Source: Leptospiria bacterium (lineage in GTDB: Bacteria; Spirochaetota; Leptospiria; Turneriellales; CBDBES01). Taken from it: a stretch of DNA of 64,000 nucleotides. Shown here in pieces: positions 38,150-49,900 of this stretch; the stretch's first letter is position 1, and each line of letters begins with the position of its first letter. The DNA lies in contig CBDHCY010000005.1 in assembly GCA_965261485.1 (NCBI GenBank), positions 1,359,616 through 1,423,615 on the forward strand, given 5' to 3'. Position numbers and translations under genes: made by a program. Below the pieces are notes generated by a model. It had not been told where the DNA came from, did no database searches, and saw only the letters and a list, made by a program, of their open reading frames with translations.

Positions 38150-38982
38150 TACCTCAAACAAATGAGTATGATTTTTTATCTCAAAGTAAAATAGGAGGTA
38201 AGAATTCTTTTTTTCTAATTGCCGGACCATGTGTTGCTGAAAGTTATGAAATATTAGATGCCACCGCTAGTCACTTAAAACAAGTAAGTCAAGACTTAAA
38301 TATTCCACTCATATTTAAGTCTTCCTTTGATAAAGCAAATAGAAGTAGTATTCATTCATTTAGAGGTCCTGGTATTGATGAAGGTTTAAAATTACTCGCT
38401 GAAATTAAAAAAAAATATAATATTCCACTTTTAACGGATGTTCATCTCCCCCAAGAAGTAGAAAAAGTGGCTGAAGTAGCGGATATTTTACAAATTCCTG
38501 CCTTTTTATGCCGACAAACCGATTTAATTATAGAATCTTCACGAACAGGCAAGTGGCTAAATATAAAAAAAGGTCAATTTCTAGCTCCCAAAGATGCTCT
38601 TAAAATTGTTGAAAAAGTATATTCTACAGGTTCTGAAAAAGTATTTATTTGCGAAAGAGGCTATAGTTTTGGTTACAATAATTTGGTCGTTGATATGCGA
38701 GGGATTGAATTTCTAAGGAAAAATAAAGTACCTGTTGTTATTGATATAACTCATTCAACCCAACTCCCTGGAGGTGGTGAAGAATCAGGTGGCGAAAGAG
38801 AAATGGCCTACCCTTTAGCCAGAGCGGCAGTTTCAGTCGGTGTGGAAGGAGTTTTTATGGAAGTCCATCCGAACCCCCCTAAAGCAAAATCAGATTCAAG
38901 TAATCAACTATATTTAGATTCTATAAAAAAAATTCTTACTCACCTAGTAAAAATTGATGCTCTTACTAAAAATCGAGAATGA
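38146..38982 (+). CDS. kdsA: 3-deoxy-8-phosphooctulonate (KDO-8-P) synthase
   Basis: 278 aa with FLIAGPCVAES, FKSSFDKANRSS and DITHS motifs. Confidence 0.93.
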   Translation: MIPQTNEYDFLSQSKIGGKNSFFLIAGPCVAESYEILDATASHLKQVSQDLNIPLIFKSSFDKANRSSIHSFRGPGIDEGLKLLAEIKKKYNIPLLTDVHLPQEVEKVAEVADILQIPAFLCRQTDLIIESSRTGKWLNIKKGQFLAPKDALKIVEKVYSTGSEKVFICERGYSFGYNNLVVDMRGIEFLRKNKVPVVIDITHSTQLPGGGEESGGEREMAYPLARAAVSVGVEGVFMEVHPNPPKAKSDSSNQLYLDSIKKILTHLVKIDALTKNRE

Positions 38983-38998
38983 TAATCTAAATTTATTT

Positions 38999-39727
38999 AT
39001 GAATATTTTAATCACAAATGACGATGGATTTGACTTTCCTGGAATTACTATTCTTCAAAAAAAATTATTAGTATTAGGAAAGGCAATTATTATAGCCCCC
39101 AACAAAGAAGCTAGCGGAACAAGTCAAGCAATCACATTATTTGACCCCATTCGCGTATCTAAAATTAGTGATCTAGTCTATTCTGTAGAGGGCTATACCA
39201 GTGATTGTGTAAATATTGGTCTCAATGGTAACCTCTTCTCAGAAAAAATTGATCTTGTAGTAAGTGGCATAAATAAAGGTTTGAATATGGGAGCCGATAT
39301 TTGGTATTCAGGAACTGTAGCTGGAGCCAGACAGGCCTTCATTCACGGATACAGTGGTCTAGCTATATCATGCGGTCATTCTAGCCCGGATGATGACTAT
39401 GATAAAATTGCAGACTTTACACTTGATTTTATACAAACACATATGTTACCCCAAAAATCACCTGTTTTTTTTAATATTAATTATCCCACTAAACAAGATG
39501 CCAAAAGTTTACGATGGAGTTATCTTGGTCATAGGCTCTATAAAGACACCTACACCTTAATTGAACCGAAAGGCAATGAAAACTTATATCAATTTAAATG
39601 CCTTGAGTTAAGCTACTTCCCGCAAGAGGGAAGTGACTTCAATATCTATAACGAAGGACATATATCGATAACCCCTCTTCACTTAGATGCCACTGATTAT
39701 AAAACGTTAGCAAAAAAAACTGAATAA
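38999..39727 (+). CDS. surE: 5'/3'-nucleotidase SurE
   Basis: MNILITNDDGFDFPGI is the canonical SurE N-terminus, and GINKGLNMG and YSGTVAGA follow. The track ORF begins 15 codons earlier, overlapping kdsA. Confidence 0.92.
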   Translation: MNILITNDDGFDFPGITILQKKLLVLGKAIIIAPNKEASGTSQAITLFDPIRVSKISDLVYSVEGYTSDCVNIGLNGNLFSEKIDLVVSGINKGLNMGADIWYSGTVAGARQAFIHGYSGLAISCGHSSPDDDYDKIADFTLDFIQTHMLPQKSPVFFNINYPTKQDAKSLRWSYLGHRLYKDTYTLIEPKGNENLYQFKCLELSYFPQEGSDFNIYNEGHISITPLHLDATDYKTLAKKTE

Positions 39728-39899
39728 CTCCCCCTACAATTTACTCTAAAATAGAGTAAAAGTAATATAAAATCTAAAAAAAATGAAAAATTTGCAAAAG
39801 AAGTGATAATTTTATAAATTCTCTATAAATCTCAATATTTTTCATAACAATATATAAAATTATTTACAGGACTTTAAATTTCAAAATTTTGGAATCTGT

Positions 39900-39972
<73 letters not shown>

Positions 39973-40200
39973 TATTTTTATCATTTATTTAATATCTATT
40001 TGATAATTTGAATTTTATTCTGGAAGAAATTCTAATGACAATTCTGATAATTGTTTATAGTATTGATATGGCATAATTACCGGCACATCCAAGTGTAGTT
40101 CATAAATACTCAAACAATTATAAAATAAAAAAAACGAACAAAATATTAGTGGAAATATTTTTTGAATTGACATAGATAAACTCTAGTTTTAAATTAACAC

Positions 40201-40722
40201 ATGTTCCTTTGGGTAGGGCTAGGTAATCCGGGCGAAGAGTATTCTGCTACTCGCCATAATTTGGGTAAAGTGGTGCTTACTAACTTGTGTTTTGAATATA
40301 TAGTAGAAAAAAATAAACAACTCAAATGTCTTGAGTATAGACAAAAGAGATACCCAAATGTAAAGATTATTTTTCCTCAAACTTATATGAATAATTCAGG
40401 AATTGCCGTAAAAAAAGTATGTGCCTTTTATAATATCCAAATTGACAATATAGTAATCTTTCACGATGATATTGAACTTCCTGTAGGAAATTTTGACTAT
40501 AAGTTTGGTGGAGGGCACCGAGGACATAATGGTTTACGAAATATAATCTCTCAATTAGATAATGCAAACTTTCACAGAATTCGTTTAGGAGTCGGCAGAC
40601 CTCAAAAACAAAATCAAAGTGTAGCTGATTTTTTATTAGAAAAAACATCTCTTAAGAATATGATTCAGCAAGAAGAAGTTTTAGAATTATTACACATTAA
40701 AAATCTTTTAGGAGCTCCTTAA
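40201..40722 (+). CDS. pth: Peptidyl-tRNA hydrolase
   Basis: 173 aa with MFLWVGLGNPGEEYSATRHNLG and GHNGLRN motifs. Confidence 0.93.
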   Translation: MFLWVGLGNPGEEYSATRHNLGKVVLTNLCFEYIVEKNKQLKCLEYRQKRYPNVKIIFPQTYMNNSGIAVKKVCAFYNIQIDNIVIFHDDIELPVGNFDYKFGGGHRGHNGLRNIISQLDNANFHRIRLGVGRPQKQNQSVADFLLEKTSLKNMIQQEEVLELLHIKNLLGAP

Positions 40723-41424
40723 AAATAACCTTTAAAATAACACTCCCCGCTAAAATACTACCTTTAATTGTACCACTAATTTTTGATTGACCAATTCTTT
40801 TTCGATACGAAACAGGAACTTCGACAATTTGTAAACCCCGCTTAATAGCACGTATTTGCATTTCAATTGTCCAACCAAAATTTTTATCTTCCATTTTTAG
40901 CTCATCTAATTTATCTTTACGAATCGCTCGAAAAGGCCCAAGATCAGTTTGTCGCTCCTTCCAAAAAAGTCTAATAAGAGAAGTTGCCAGCCAATTGCCA
41001 AAACAAGCCTGAAGCGGTAATGCACCTTTTTCTCTTCGCCCCAGTAAACGTGAACCAATAACAAAGTCAGCTTGATTTGACAAAATAGGTTTTAAAAGTT
41101 TTGTCATTTCTTCAGGATAATCAGAATAATCACCATCAATAAAAATAACAATATCTGTTTTTTCTGGAACTTCTTTTAATGCTCTAAGGCATGCCGCTCC
41201 ATAACCTCTTTGTGCTTCAAAAACAACCTTAGCTCCTGCCTGTTTGGCTATTTCAGATGTTTTATCTGTTGAGCCATTATCACAAACGATAATACTTAAT
41301 TGATAAGATTTTGAAGGTAATTCAGAGATAACCCTACCAATAGAAGCCTCTTCATTTAGAGCAGGAATAATGATAGAAATTAAAGGTTGTTTAATAGATG
41401 ACCCCCAAGAATTAAGTTTACCAT
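40697..41424 (-). CDS. Family 2 glycosyltransferase (DPM1/polyprenol-phosphate GT-like) with an apparent frameshift near the 5' end
   Basis: Manual translation upstream of the 136 aa track ORF gives ...SSIKQPLISIIIPALNEEASIGRVI...IIVCDNGSTDKTSEIAKQAGAKVV...FIDGDYSDYPEE in the same frame, with no canonical start. ATG at 41424 is in another frame and would join if the C5 run at 41402-41406 had one more base. Confidence 0.65.
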
Positions 41425-41430
41425 AAAAAA

Positions 41431-42372
41431 TTATTTAATAATATGAAAAATAGATTTCGGCAGTAATCGCAGTACTAAAAAAGCAATTACTAAGAAACTA
41501 CCAAATGGCAATTTAATTTTTATTTTTTTAGTTTTACCTTTAATTTTTTTTATAAGATAAAAACCAATTCCAAATAAGGAAGCTAATGTGGGCAAAGAAA
41601 ATTGTTGTGGATAAAAAAGACTTAAAGATAGAGCAAAAATTAACATAACATCTGCAAAACCCATTTTATAGCGAGATAGAATTCTAATTAACCAAAAAAG
41701 GCTCATCCAAAAACAAGCGATCATTAAATTAATATAAAACATATGACTAAAAAAATAAGTTTCTAAAAGTCCTAAAGAGATAAAATAAAGGATCGCTTCT
41801 GTAGGAATTAAAAAAAATTCAAAATCTATCAAGATAATTAGATATCCAATAAAAAAATAAGCCATAGAAAAAATTAAATACGAGAATTGTAAATTAATTT
41901 TATAAAACGGATAATAACCAAATAAAAAATCCTGACTTAGATTTAAAGTATAATTTTGCTTACTATGAAAATAGGCAAACAAGCAACCATAAAAAAAGGC
42001 TAAACATTCTTCCCAAAAAAATCTTTTTGAAATAGAATTATAACAATTATAACATCGAAAAGAAGTTAACAGACTTCCTAATATTGGAATAAGATAAATA
42101 ATTCGAATATCACTTCGACACGATTCACAAAAAGATCGTGTCGAAAAAATATAATACCATTTTTTTTTTATTTTTTTTCTCGAAGGTCTATAAAAAGCAT
42201 TGAGCACTCTCCAACTAAAAGAATCTGCAAAAGAGATTAAAATAGAAAAAGAAAAACCAACACTACATAAAAATAAAATTTGCATTAAAATATTTTTTCT
42301 TATATGCCCACTTATGCCCATTTTTTTTAAACATTTAATGACTGCAATTACTTTAGAAGCAATACATAACAC
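41431..42372 (-). CDS. Prepilin peptidase (A24 family)
   Basis: 313 aa polytopic protein with an N-terminal Cys pairs region (CESCRSDIRIIYLIPILGSLLTSFRCYNC). Conserved Asp contexts are ILIDFEFFLIP and MGFADVML. The exact start is uncertain. Confidence 0.65.
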   Translation of the reverse strand: MLCIASKVIAVIKCLKKMGISGHIRKNILMQILFLCSVGFSFSILISFADSFSWRVLNAFYRPSRKKIKKKWYYIFSTRSFCESCRSDIRIIYLIPILGSLLTSFRCYNCYNSISKRFFWEECLAFFYGCLFAYFHSKQNYTLNLSQDFLFGYYPFYKINLQFSYLIFSMAYFFIGYLIILIDFEFFLIPTEAILYFISLGLLETYFFSHMFYINLMIACFWMSLFWLIRILSRYKMGFADVMLIFALSLSLFYPQQFSLPTLASLFGIGFYLIKKIKGKTKKIKIKLPFGSFLVIAFLVLRLLPKSIFHIIK

Positions 42373-42450
42373 AGTTGACCTTAATTTAATCTATAACATA
42401 TCAAAAAACTTCTTGACATCATATTTTATATCTTTATTTAACGGCTTTGA

Positions 42451-42867
42451 ATGAACTCTCCCTTTACTGAAAAAGAATTACAAGACTTTTATGATTTATT
42501 AATTAAACAAAGAAGTAAAATTATTGCTGAAATTACTAGCGAAAAAAATAATTTTAATCAAGGGAAGGGCTCAGGAGATTTGGTTGATATGGCGACCTCA
42601 TTGCTTGAAAGAGAACTTGACCTGAGTTTAACGACAAAAGAGAAAAACTCTTTGAAAGAGATTGATAAAGCTCTTGAGCGGATCAAAAAAAGAACCTACG
42701 GCATTTGTATTGATACTCAAAAACCTATTGCCAGAGATAGGCTGCTTGTTGTTCCTGAAGCTTTACGAACTTTAGAAGCTCAAAAAGCCCAAGAAGCTCG
42801 ATTTAAAAAACAGAAACGAGCGGTATCTGGAACACTCATAACTAAAATTAACAAAATATCAATATGA
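42451..42867 (+). CDS. DksA/TraR-family regulator lacking the Cys4 zinc finger
   Basis: 138 aa. A coiled-coil region with D-rich tip context (GSGDLVDMA) is followed by ALERIKKRTYGICIDTQKPIARDRLLVVPEALRT. Only one Cys occupies the position where CxxC...CxxC is usual. Confidence 0.55.
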   Translation: MNSPFTEKELQDFYDLLIKQRSKIIAEITSEKNNFNQGKGSGDLVDMATSLLERELDLSLTTKEKNSLKEIDKALERIKKRTYGICIDTQKPIARDRLLVVPEALRTLEAQKAQEARFKKQKRAVSGTLITKINKISI

Positions 42868-42872
42868 GCTAA

Positions 42873-43601
42873 ATGCTCACACATCAACTTGATGCACTCA
42901 AGAGAATTCTTGAAGATTATTTATTTATTTTACATAAACGCCTTGATATGCTCGTATGGAAGCATGATGGTGAATCTGAGCCTTATAAAACTGATTTTTC
43001 GTTTACAACAATTACCCAAAATCAGCTAGTTCATCAATTTAAAGAGAAAGATTCTTGTACTCTTTGCCATCGTCGTATTTCTTATAAAATTAATCAATTT
43101 GAAGAAAAAGTAAAAATAAGTATACCCTTGTTGATTTTAGTGCATAATACTTTTTTGAGTCAAAAAGGTAAGATTTATCATGAACCAGAGGTTGAAAATG
43201 AATTCAAAAGCATATTAAAAGAATCTTTGGAAGAGATGAACCCTAATCTTCTAGTTCGTGAAGTACTAAGATGTCATTTTGGTTCTGAAGAAGTTCAAAA
43301 TGAAGAATGGATTAAACATTGTCAGGCTCACATACAAAGTGATCTTGAAAAATATACGATTAAGGGTATTTGGGTTGTGGGTGAGGCCGCACCTCTTCTC
43401 TTCAAAGATAAAGAAGACCTTACTAAACGTATGGGTAAAACCACTTATTTTATGGGCTTACCTACTATTGTTTCATATGGACCATCAAGATTAGTATTTA
43501 TGAAAAAAAATAAATATCCACAGGATAAAATTTCTAATATTCGTTCAATTATTATACAAAAAATACAAAACTTTAAAAAAGAAAATCTTTCTTCTCTCTG
43601 A
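42873..43601 (+). CDS. Hypothetical protein
   Basis: 242 aa ORF. The weak VVGEAAP ... YGPSRL strings recall UDG-superfamily motifs, which is not enough for a call. Confidence 0.35.
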   Translation: MLTHQLDALKRILEDYLFILHKRLDMLVWKHDGESEPYKTDFSFTTITQNQLVHQFKEKDSCTLCHRRISYKINQFEEKVKISIPLLILVHNTFLSQKGKIYHEPEVENEFKSILKESLEEMNPNLLVREVLRCHFGSEEVQNEEWIKHCQAHIQSDLEKYTIKGIWVVGEAAPLLFKDKEDLTKRMGKTTYFMGLPTIVSYGPSRLVFMKKNKYPQDKISNIRSIIIQKIQNFKKENLSSL

Positions 43602-43693
43602 TTATTAAAATAAAATAAAGTTAGGCTATAATTTAATAATTTATCAAAGTTAAGGCTAACAAGAAAAAGATATTTAATGTATAATAAAGCGAA

Positions 43694-45130
43694 ATGAAAA
43701 ATTTATGTATTCCGTTATCTATTATTCTAAAATATAATCTAGGAATTCCTTATAAAATTTCTCCAGAAAATAAAAATATAAATATAATTTTTCATGACTC
43801 TCGAAAAATTATAAAAGATGCTTGGTTTATTTGTTTAAAAGGAAATAAATCAGACGGCCATAAGTATATTCGTCATGTTCTTAATGAAGGAGTTAAATAT
43901 ATTATCTATGAGCCCTCAAAGACTCGCCTTTGTCCTGCTGGAATTCAAGTTCTCAATACTAATTTATTCTTAATAAAAATTGCTTCTTGGTGGAGAAGCC
44001 AAATGATGGCAAAAATTATTTTGATTACAGGGAGTAACGGTAAAACAAGCACTAAAGAGCTCCTACATTTTATTCTTAGTAAAATATTTTTAAATCTAAG
44101 TGAGAAAAAAATAATTATTAAAAATTTGAAAAGCTTTAATAATCATTTTGGGCTTCCTTTTACTTTATTAGAGATAACTCCTCATACTATTTTTTCTGTT
44201 GTCGAGGCAGGTAGCAATCATCCAGGAGAAATCAAAAACTTGAGTCAATGGGCTTCACCTAATTATTCTTTGATTACATCTATACAAAAAGGGCATATTG
44301 GACACTTTAAAAATGAAGAAGAGATTGCTCATGAAAAATCAGATATTCTTTGTGGTATGGTTGAGGGAAGTCACCTTATATATCCCAATGACATTCTATT
44401 TAAAAATTTAATTATTGCAAAAGCAAAAAAAAAGAATATAAATTTTCATGAAATATCTTTAGAAAAGATAAAAATAACAAATATAATTTCTAAAATAGGA
44501 GGTACCTCCTTCAATTATAGAAGTAAACAATATTTTCTGCCTTTATTAGGAGAACATCAATTTAAAAATCTCATCTTAGTCATAGGTTTTCTTGAACTTC
44601 TTTGTAAAGAAAAAAGAATATCTCAAGCCAATATTCATTCCGCACTCAGGCATTTACATTTATTTAAGAATCTTTCAGGTCGAATGGAAATTTACCAAAA
44701 AAATAAAATAACGATTTGTAATGATAGCTACAATGCAAACCCATCTTCATTTGAAGCTGCAATTTTAAGTTTGTCTAAAGAATTTTCAAAAAATAAATTG
44801 CTAGGTGCCTTTGGATACATGGCAGAATTAGGCTCCTATGAAAAAAGTGAACATCAAAATCTAGCAAGATTGGCAGCGAAACATTTTAAAGCGATTACTT
44901 TTTTTAGTAACACAAAAATAATAAATGAAATATTTCGAAATGAATGGCTACGAGAAAGATCAAGCAATGAAATTTTTGTTAGCTCGAATGATAAAGAACA
45001 ACTTAAAAAAGGACTCACTTTCTTAAAAACTTTGATTAAAAAAGGTGACTGTATTTTAATCAAAGGGTCAAGATCAACTCAAATGGAAAGAATTTTTGAA
45101 TATTTAAAATTAGAAGTTAAATTTTATTAA
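43694..45130 (+). CDS. murF: UDP-N-acetylmuramoyl-tripeptide--D-alanyl-D-alanine ligase
   Basis: 478 aa with ITGSNGKTSTKE (P-loop) and the DSYNANP motif. Confidence 0.9.
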   Translation: MKNLCIPLSIILKYNLGIPYKISPENKNINIIFHDSRKIIKDAWFICLKGNKSDGHKYIRHVLNEGVKYIIYEPSKTRLCPAGIQVLNTNLFLIKIASWWRSQMMAKIILITGSNGKTSTKELLHFILSKIFLNLSEKKIIIKNLKSFNNHFGLPFTLLEITPHTIFSVVEAGSNHPGEIKNLSQWASPNYSLITSIQKGHIGHFKNEEEIAHEKSDILCGMVEGSHLIYPNDILFKNLIIAKAKKKNINFHEISLEKIKITNIISKIGGTSFNYRSKQYFLPLLGEHQFKNLILVIGFLELLCKEKRISQANIHSALRHLHLFKNLSGRMEIYQKNKITICNDSYNANPSSFEAAILSLSKEFSKNKLLGAFGYMAELGSYEKSEHQNLARLAAKHFKAITFFSNTKIINEIFRNEWLRERSSNEIFVSSNDKEQLKKGLTFLKTLIKKGDCILIKGSRSTQMERIFEYLKLEVKFY

Positions 45131-45200
45131 AAATATAACACATATTATCAAACTTAAATATTTAATTAGATTCCACAAAAATAAGCAAAGTATTTAATAG

Positions 45201-46580
45201 TCAATCATCATGAACCTTTCCATTTGTAGAACCAAGTAACGTATGGCTGGTAACGGAATGGATCTTTATATTAATAAGTTTTCCTAAAAGTTGTTCAAGC
45301 ACTTTCTCTGATCTATCTGTATTCAATAAACTAAAAACAGCTTTCTTACCATTATCTAGACTTCCTTTCATCTCTTGTTGATTTTTTTTAGAGTAACCCT
45401 CCACTAAAACAGGAACAGAAGATCCAATATAAGCTTTATTTTTTTTAAGAGATCTTGCCTGTTGTTTTTGAATAAGCATAGTTAATCTACTTTTTTTATC
45501 GCTAAGAGAGACATCATCAGAATAAATTTTAGAAGCTGATGTACCTTTTCTTTCTGAATAAGAGAACATATAGGCAGAATCAAAGGAAGCTTCCTCCATA
45601 ACAGAGAGTGTCTCTTGAAATTGATTTTTAGTTTCGCCCGGGAAGCCCACAATCACATCAGTGCTAATAGCGATATTTTTTACTTTGTGACGAATCGTAT
45701 CTATCAAGCTTAAGAAGCTCTCTCGAGTGTACCCTCGCCGCATTCGCTCTAAAACTTCATTAGAGCCTGACTGCAAAGGCATATGTATATAATTACAAAA
45801 ACGAGGTTCGCTCGCCATTAAATCAATTAGCTTTTTTGGAAAATCTTTTGGATGAGGAGAAATAAAATAAACTCTAGCAATATTTGTCTTTTCAAGAATT
45901 TGTTGAATTAGACCATAAAAATCAATCCCCTGATATAAATAAGAATTCACATTTTGACCAAGAAGGAGAATAGTTTTAAAACCATTATCTGATAATTGAT
46001 TTATTTCTTGAATAATATTTTTTATGCTTCTGGAACGCTCTCGACCTCTTGTAAAAGGAACAACACAAAAAGAACAAAAATTATCACACCCTCGCTGAAT
46101 ACTTACAAAGGCTGTGATCTTATTTTTTGAAGAATTTAAATGATGTTCTACACTGGGGATTAAATCATCATATGTTTCTGTTTTTGAAAGCTTGAGATGA
46201 GATTTTTTTTGTTCACCTGAATCAGAAGGCAATATATAAGTGGACAATTTTCTGAATGAATCAGGCCCCAAAATAAAGTCAATAGGAAGGTTTTCGTAGA
46301 GTAAATCTTCTTTTAAATTTTGAGACATACAACCCAAAACACCCACCTTGACACCTCTCTTATGTAAATATTCTAAAGAACGCAAACGATTATATACTTT
46401 TTCGTGAGCATTTTCCCTAATAGCACAGGTGTTGAGTAAAATCATATCAGCTTGCTCCGGTTTAGTAACACGAGTCGCTTTATTTTTTTCTAAAATATTT
46501 TGAGCGATCATGCTGTCGTATTCATTCATTTGACAGCCGTAGCTTTCAATAAAAAATTTTATTTCTTTAGATACAGGCAC
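45201..46580 (-). CDS. miaB: tRNA-2-methylthio-N6-dimethylallyladenosine synthase
   Basis: 459 aa with a GTG start. SYGCQMNEYDS is followed by the radical-SAM motif CDNFCSFCVVP and a C-terminal TRAM-like domain. Confidence 0.9.
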   Translation of the reverse strand: MPVSKEIKFFIESYGCQMNEYDSMIAQNILEKNKATRVTKPEQADMILLNTCAIRENAHEKVYNRLRSLEYLHKRGVKVGVLGCMSQNLKEDLLYENLPIDFILGPDSFRKLSTYILPSDSGEQKKSHLKLSKTETYDDLIPSVEHHLNSSKNKITAFVSIQRGCDNFCSFCVVPFTRGRERSRSIKNIIQEINQLSDNGFKTILLLGQNVNSYLYQGIDFYGLIQQILEKTNIARVYFISPHPKDFPKKLIDLMASEPRFCNYIHMPLQSGSNEVLERMRRGYTRESFLSLIDTIRHKVKNIAISTDVIVGFPGETKNQFQETLSVMEEASFDSAYMFSYSERKGTSASKIYSDDVSLSDKKSRLTMLIQKQQARSLKKNKAYIGSSVPVLVEGYSKKNQQEMKGSLDNGKKAVFSLLNTDRSEKVLEQLLGKLINIKIHSVTSHTLLGSTNGKVHDD

Positions 46581-46949
46581 ATTATACGGTACGTTTAAAG
46601 TAAAAATACTTTGTCAATTATATTTTTAAAAAAAAGAGACAGCAACTAAGGTCTTTTGTATCTCTAGATACATCATTAAATTATTTTTGTGGTGCAATGA
46701 TAATTTTACGTGGGTTTTAATTAAACGATGCATCCCACCAACTAAAGAAATTGTCTGCAATAATATTATGTTGGCACAAATTCACCAGAAGAACTCTTTC
46801 TTCAACAAATAGAACTATTCCAATCATACTTGCCTATCACTTCAAATAATAGGCAAATTAAACCCTAATTGTCAAGAAGCCGTCCAATTATTAAAATAAA
46901 GGACGACCAAGAGATAAAGTATGCATCTTCAAGCGAAGAGAAAATCTCA

Positions 46950-49900
46950 CTAGAGGGGCCGGTTCCCTTTAAAGCCGAATTTTTTTAATCGATTTTCGAA
47001 AATACACTGCTCATAATTATCTGCCCTATCAGATTCCTCATTACGAAAACTATGATCAAAATTTTCTGAGTAATGCCAATCGTTGCTAATATTCAAATAA
47101 CCCACAACAGCACCTGAGTTATCCCCGGTAGTATCGATACTCCTAGGGCAAGCAAGCTCTGCTGCTCTCCTTGCTTCATCACGACACCTTGGCCACGTCC
47201 ACTGTCGACCAACGCAATAAGAGGGAACATCTGATGCAAGATATAGTGGAATATATACCTCAAATAAACTATTTTTTACCCTTAATTGACCCCCATAACC
47301 ACCACGACTAGGTGCCGTCCTATATTCAGAGTCTAGAAATTTTTCACCCCAAGCTCTTTTCCTGATATTGTGAACATCTATTGGAAAAAGTTTATCATGT
47401 ACAGCAAGATTATCTTTAATCCACTTTGTTATACCCCCATAACCACCTTCAATAGTAATATGGTTCGTAAACAGATCAAACTTATAACTCCCGGCTGAAC
47501 GCCCCCTCTCAGGAACATGACCCTTAACACCATTCAGACCAATAAAATGACCAACTAAACCACCAGCATAAGTCCAATCATCATTACGAGGAGAAGTAGA
47601 GGAGACAGTGCCCCTTGCCCTAGAATTTATGATCTTAAGTGTGCCACCATGGCCACCATCGCCACCATCGTTAAAACCAACAATACCACCGTTACCAGCT
47701 CTAGCATCAAAATAACCCACTAAACCACCAGAATGAACTGGAAATCTAGAATGCTTGGTGTCAGAAGAAACACTACCCTTAAAAATAACTTCTTGTATAT
47801 CTAGCGTAACTCCACTTTTGCCGCTCTCTGCCCCTTGGATATTACGCCAAGCATCACCCCTTAAACCATCATCACCTTTGGCCATAAAATGACCAATTAA
47901 ACCACCAGAATGAGCACCAACAACAGAAACATCAGGATTCAAGCCCACCAGCAAATTTATACCGGTTAATCCGACTACAGAATGAACGCGAATACCATCA
48001 ACATTAAGGCCATTACTAAGATCACAATCTATTATTTTCAAAATAGTTCCACCAACATCAGGAGCCCCTCTCCCATCAACCAAACCCAACAGACCACCGG
48101 CATAAGCACCATCACCAGCTTCAGCGAAAATACTTTTAGCCTCTCTTCCTCCATAATCACTGGGACGAAAATAACTATCACTAATCTCCCACTTAAGTTT
48201 AAGATCAGAAACTCTACCAATAAGACCACCAGAAGAAGAGTCAAATTTTGAGACGGATGAGATTAGAGGTAACTTACGAGAATTCTCAGATGATTCAAGA
48301 AATACTGAACTATTTTCAATAAACATCTGAATTCTATTACCAGAAACCTCACCCAGCAAACCACCAGCAGAGACTCCCGCCAATCCATTAGATAAAATAC
48401 CGTCAACTAGATCATCACCGTTAGCCACCCTCAGATTAAGCAACACTTTATTATTTACGAGGCGAATAGTAAACGCTCTACTATTGGAGCTTCGTCGTTC
48501 TTTTTCTTTATGCCTAAGCAACTTGCTATCATGGGCGGGAAAATGCCCTATAGTGGGGTCTATTTGGTATATTCCTCTACCTTTTTTAGTCCCCTCTGCG
48601 TAGCGATCATTACCAGAACCACTCCAGTATTTAGAAACCAAGCCATCATAAGAACCGACTTTATTCTTTGTGACACAAGTAAATCCACATCCCTTACTAC
48701 CATCCGACACAATACTTTCTTTAAAATCTGTAGTGTAGAGTCGTCCAAAACCTTGTTTGACCTTACCCACCAAACCGCCAGAATAAGCACTAGCACGAGG
48801 GGCATAAGAATATACTCCAACTTTTCTCTCACGAGAATCAGAATGAACAGGTGGAATAGATCTTGTAATAGGGGGAGCAATACGATCATCACTACGCCTC
48901 AGAGACTCAGGAGACCAAGAAACATCCCAGTAATCAGGGTGACTTTCAAAAATATTAGAGTCAAAAAGTATAGAATTTGGATACCCATAGAATTCATTTG
49001 GATGAAATATCTCACCCAGTAAACCACCAGAATAGGCGGAACCAGTGGAGGAATAAGAAGAAACTCCATGCTTCCCTCTAAAAGCATTGTATTTAATATC
49101 CAACCCCAAAGAATCATATAAACCTACTAAACCACCAGCGTAAGCATCTTTGTTGGCAGAAGATGAGACTCCATAACCATAAATTTGAATAGAGTGAATA
49201 ATACTATCAACAGCTACCAACCCATTTTCATTACGATGACCTATCGAACGACCTAAAAGACCTCCAGCATAAGCATTACCAATTTCAGAAGAAGCATGCA
49301 CAGAACCTGATAGTATGTGCACATTTTTTATATAATTAGGATAGAAGGATGAGGTAACACCAAACAAGCCAGCATAAGCATCACCACTTGAAGATGCAAC
49401 ATTCACCCATAAATTTTTAATGAAATGATTATTTCCATCAAAAGTTGCTGTAAAAGGATTAGAGAGATCACCAATAGGTACCCAGCTTGTATCTTGGGCT
49501 GTATCAATAACAGTTATCCGCTCACCATCTTCAGTATCATCACCATTTCCATTCTTATCAATACCAACTGTTGTAAGGTCAATACGACCATTTTCGTTTG
49601 TGTCAAGTAGGTCTAATAAATCAATATCTACGACCAACTCATATCCAGTGCAACTACCATCTCGACCTGGGCAACCAAGCTGATTAATTGCAGCATCAGC
49701 CCCAGATTTATATCCTATTCCATATGGCATATGACGGATATTATTAAAATGTTTAACAGTCGAAATTTCAATGAGACCATCACCATCATCATCAACAATT
49801 GGTCTAACCACCACATCTATTGAAGGCTGTCGATTTAAAAAGAAAGTATCGTCTGTAGATTCTCCCTTTAAAAGACGATGTTCAACTGATAATTTTATAG

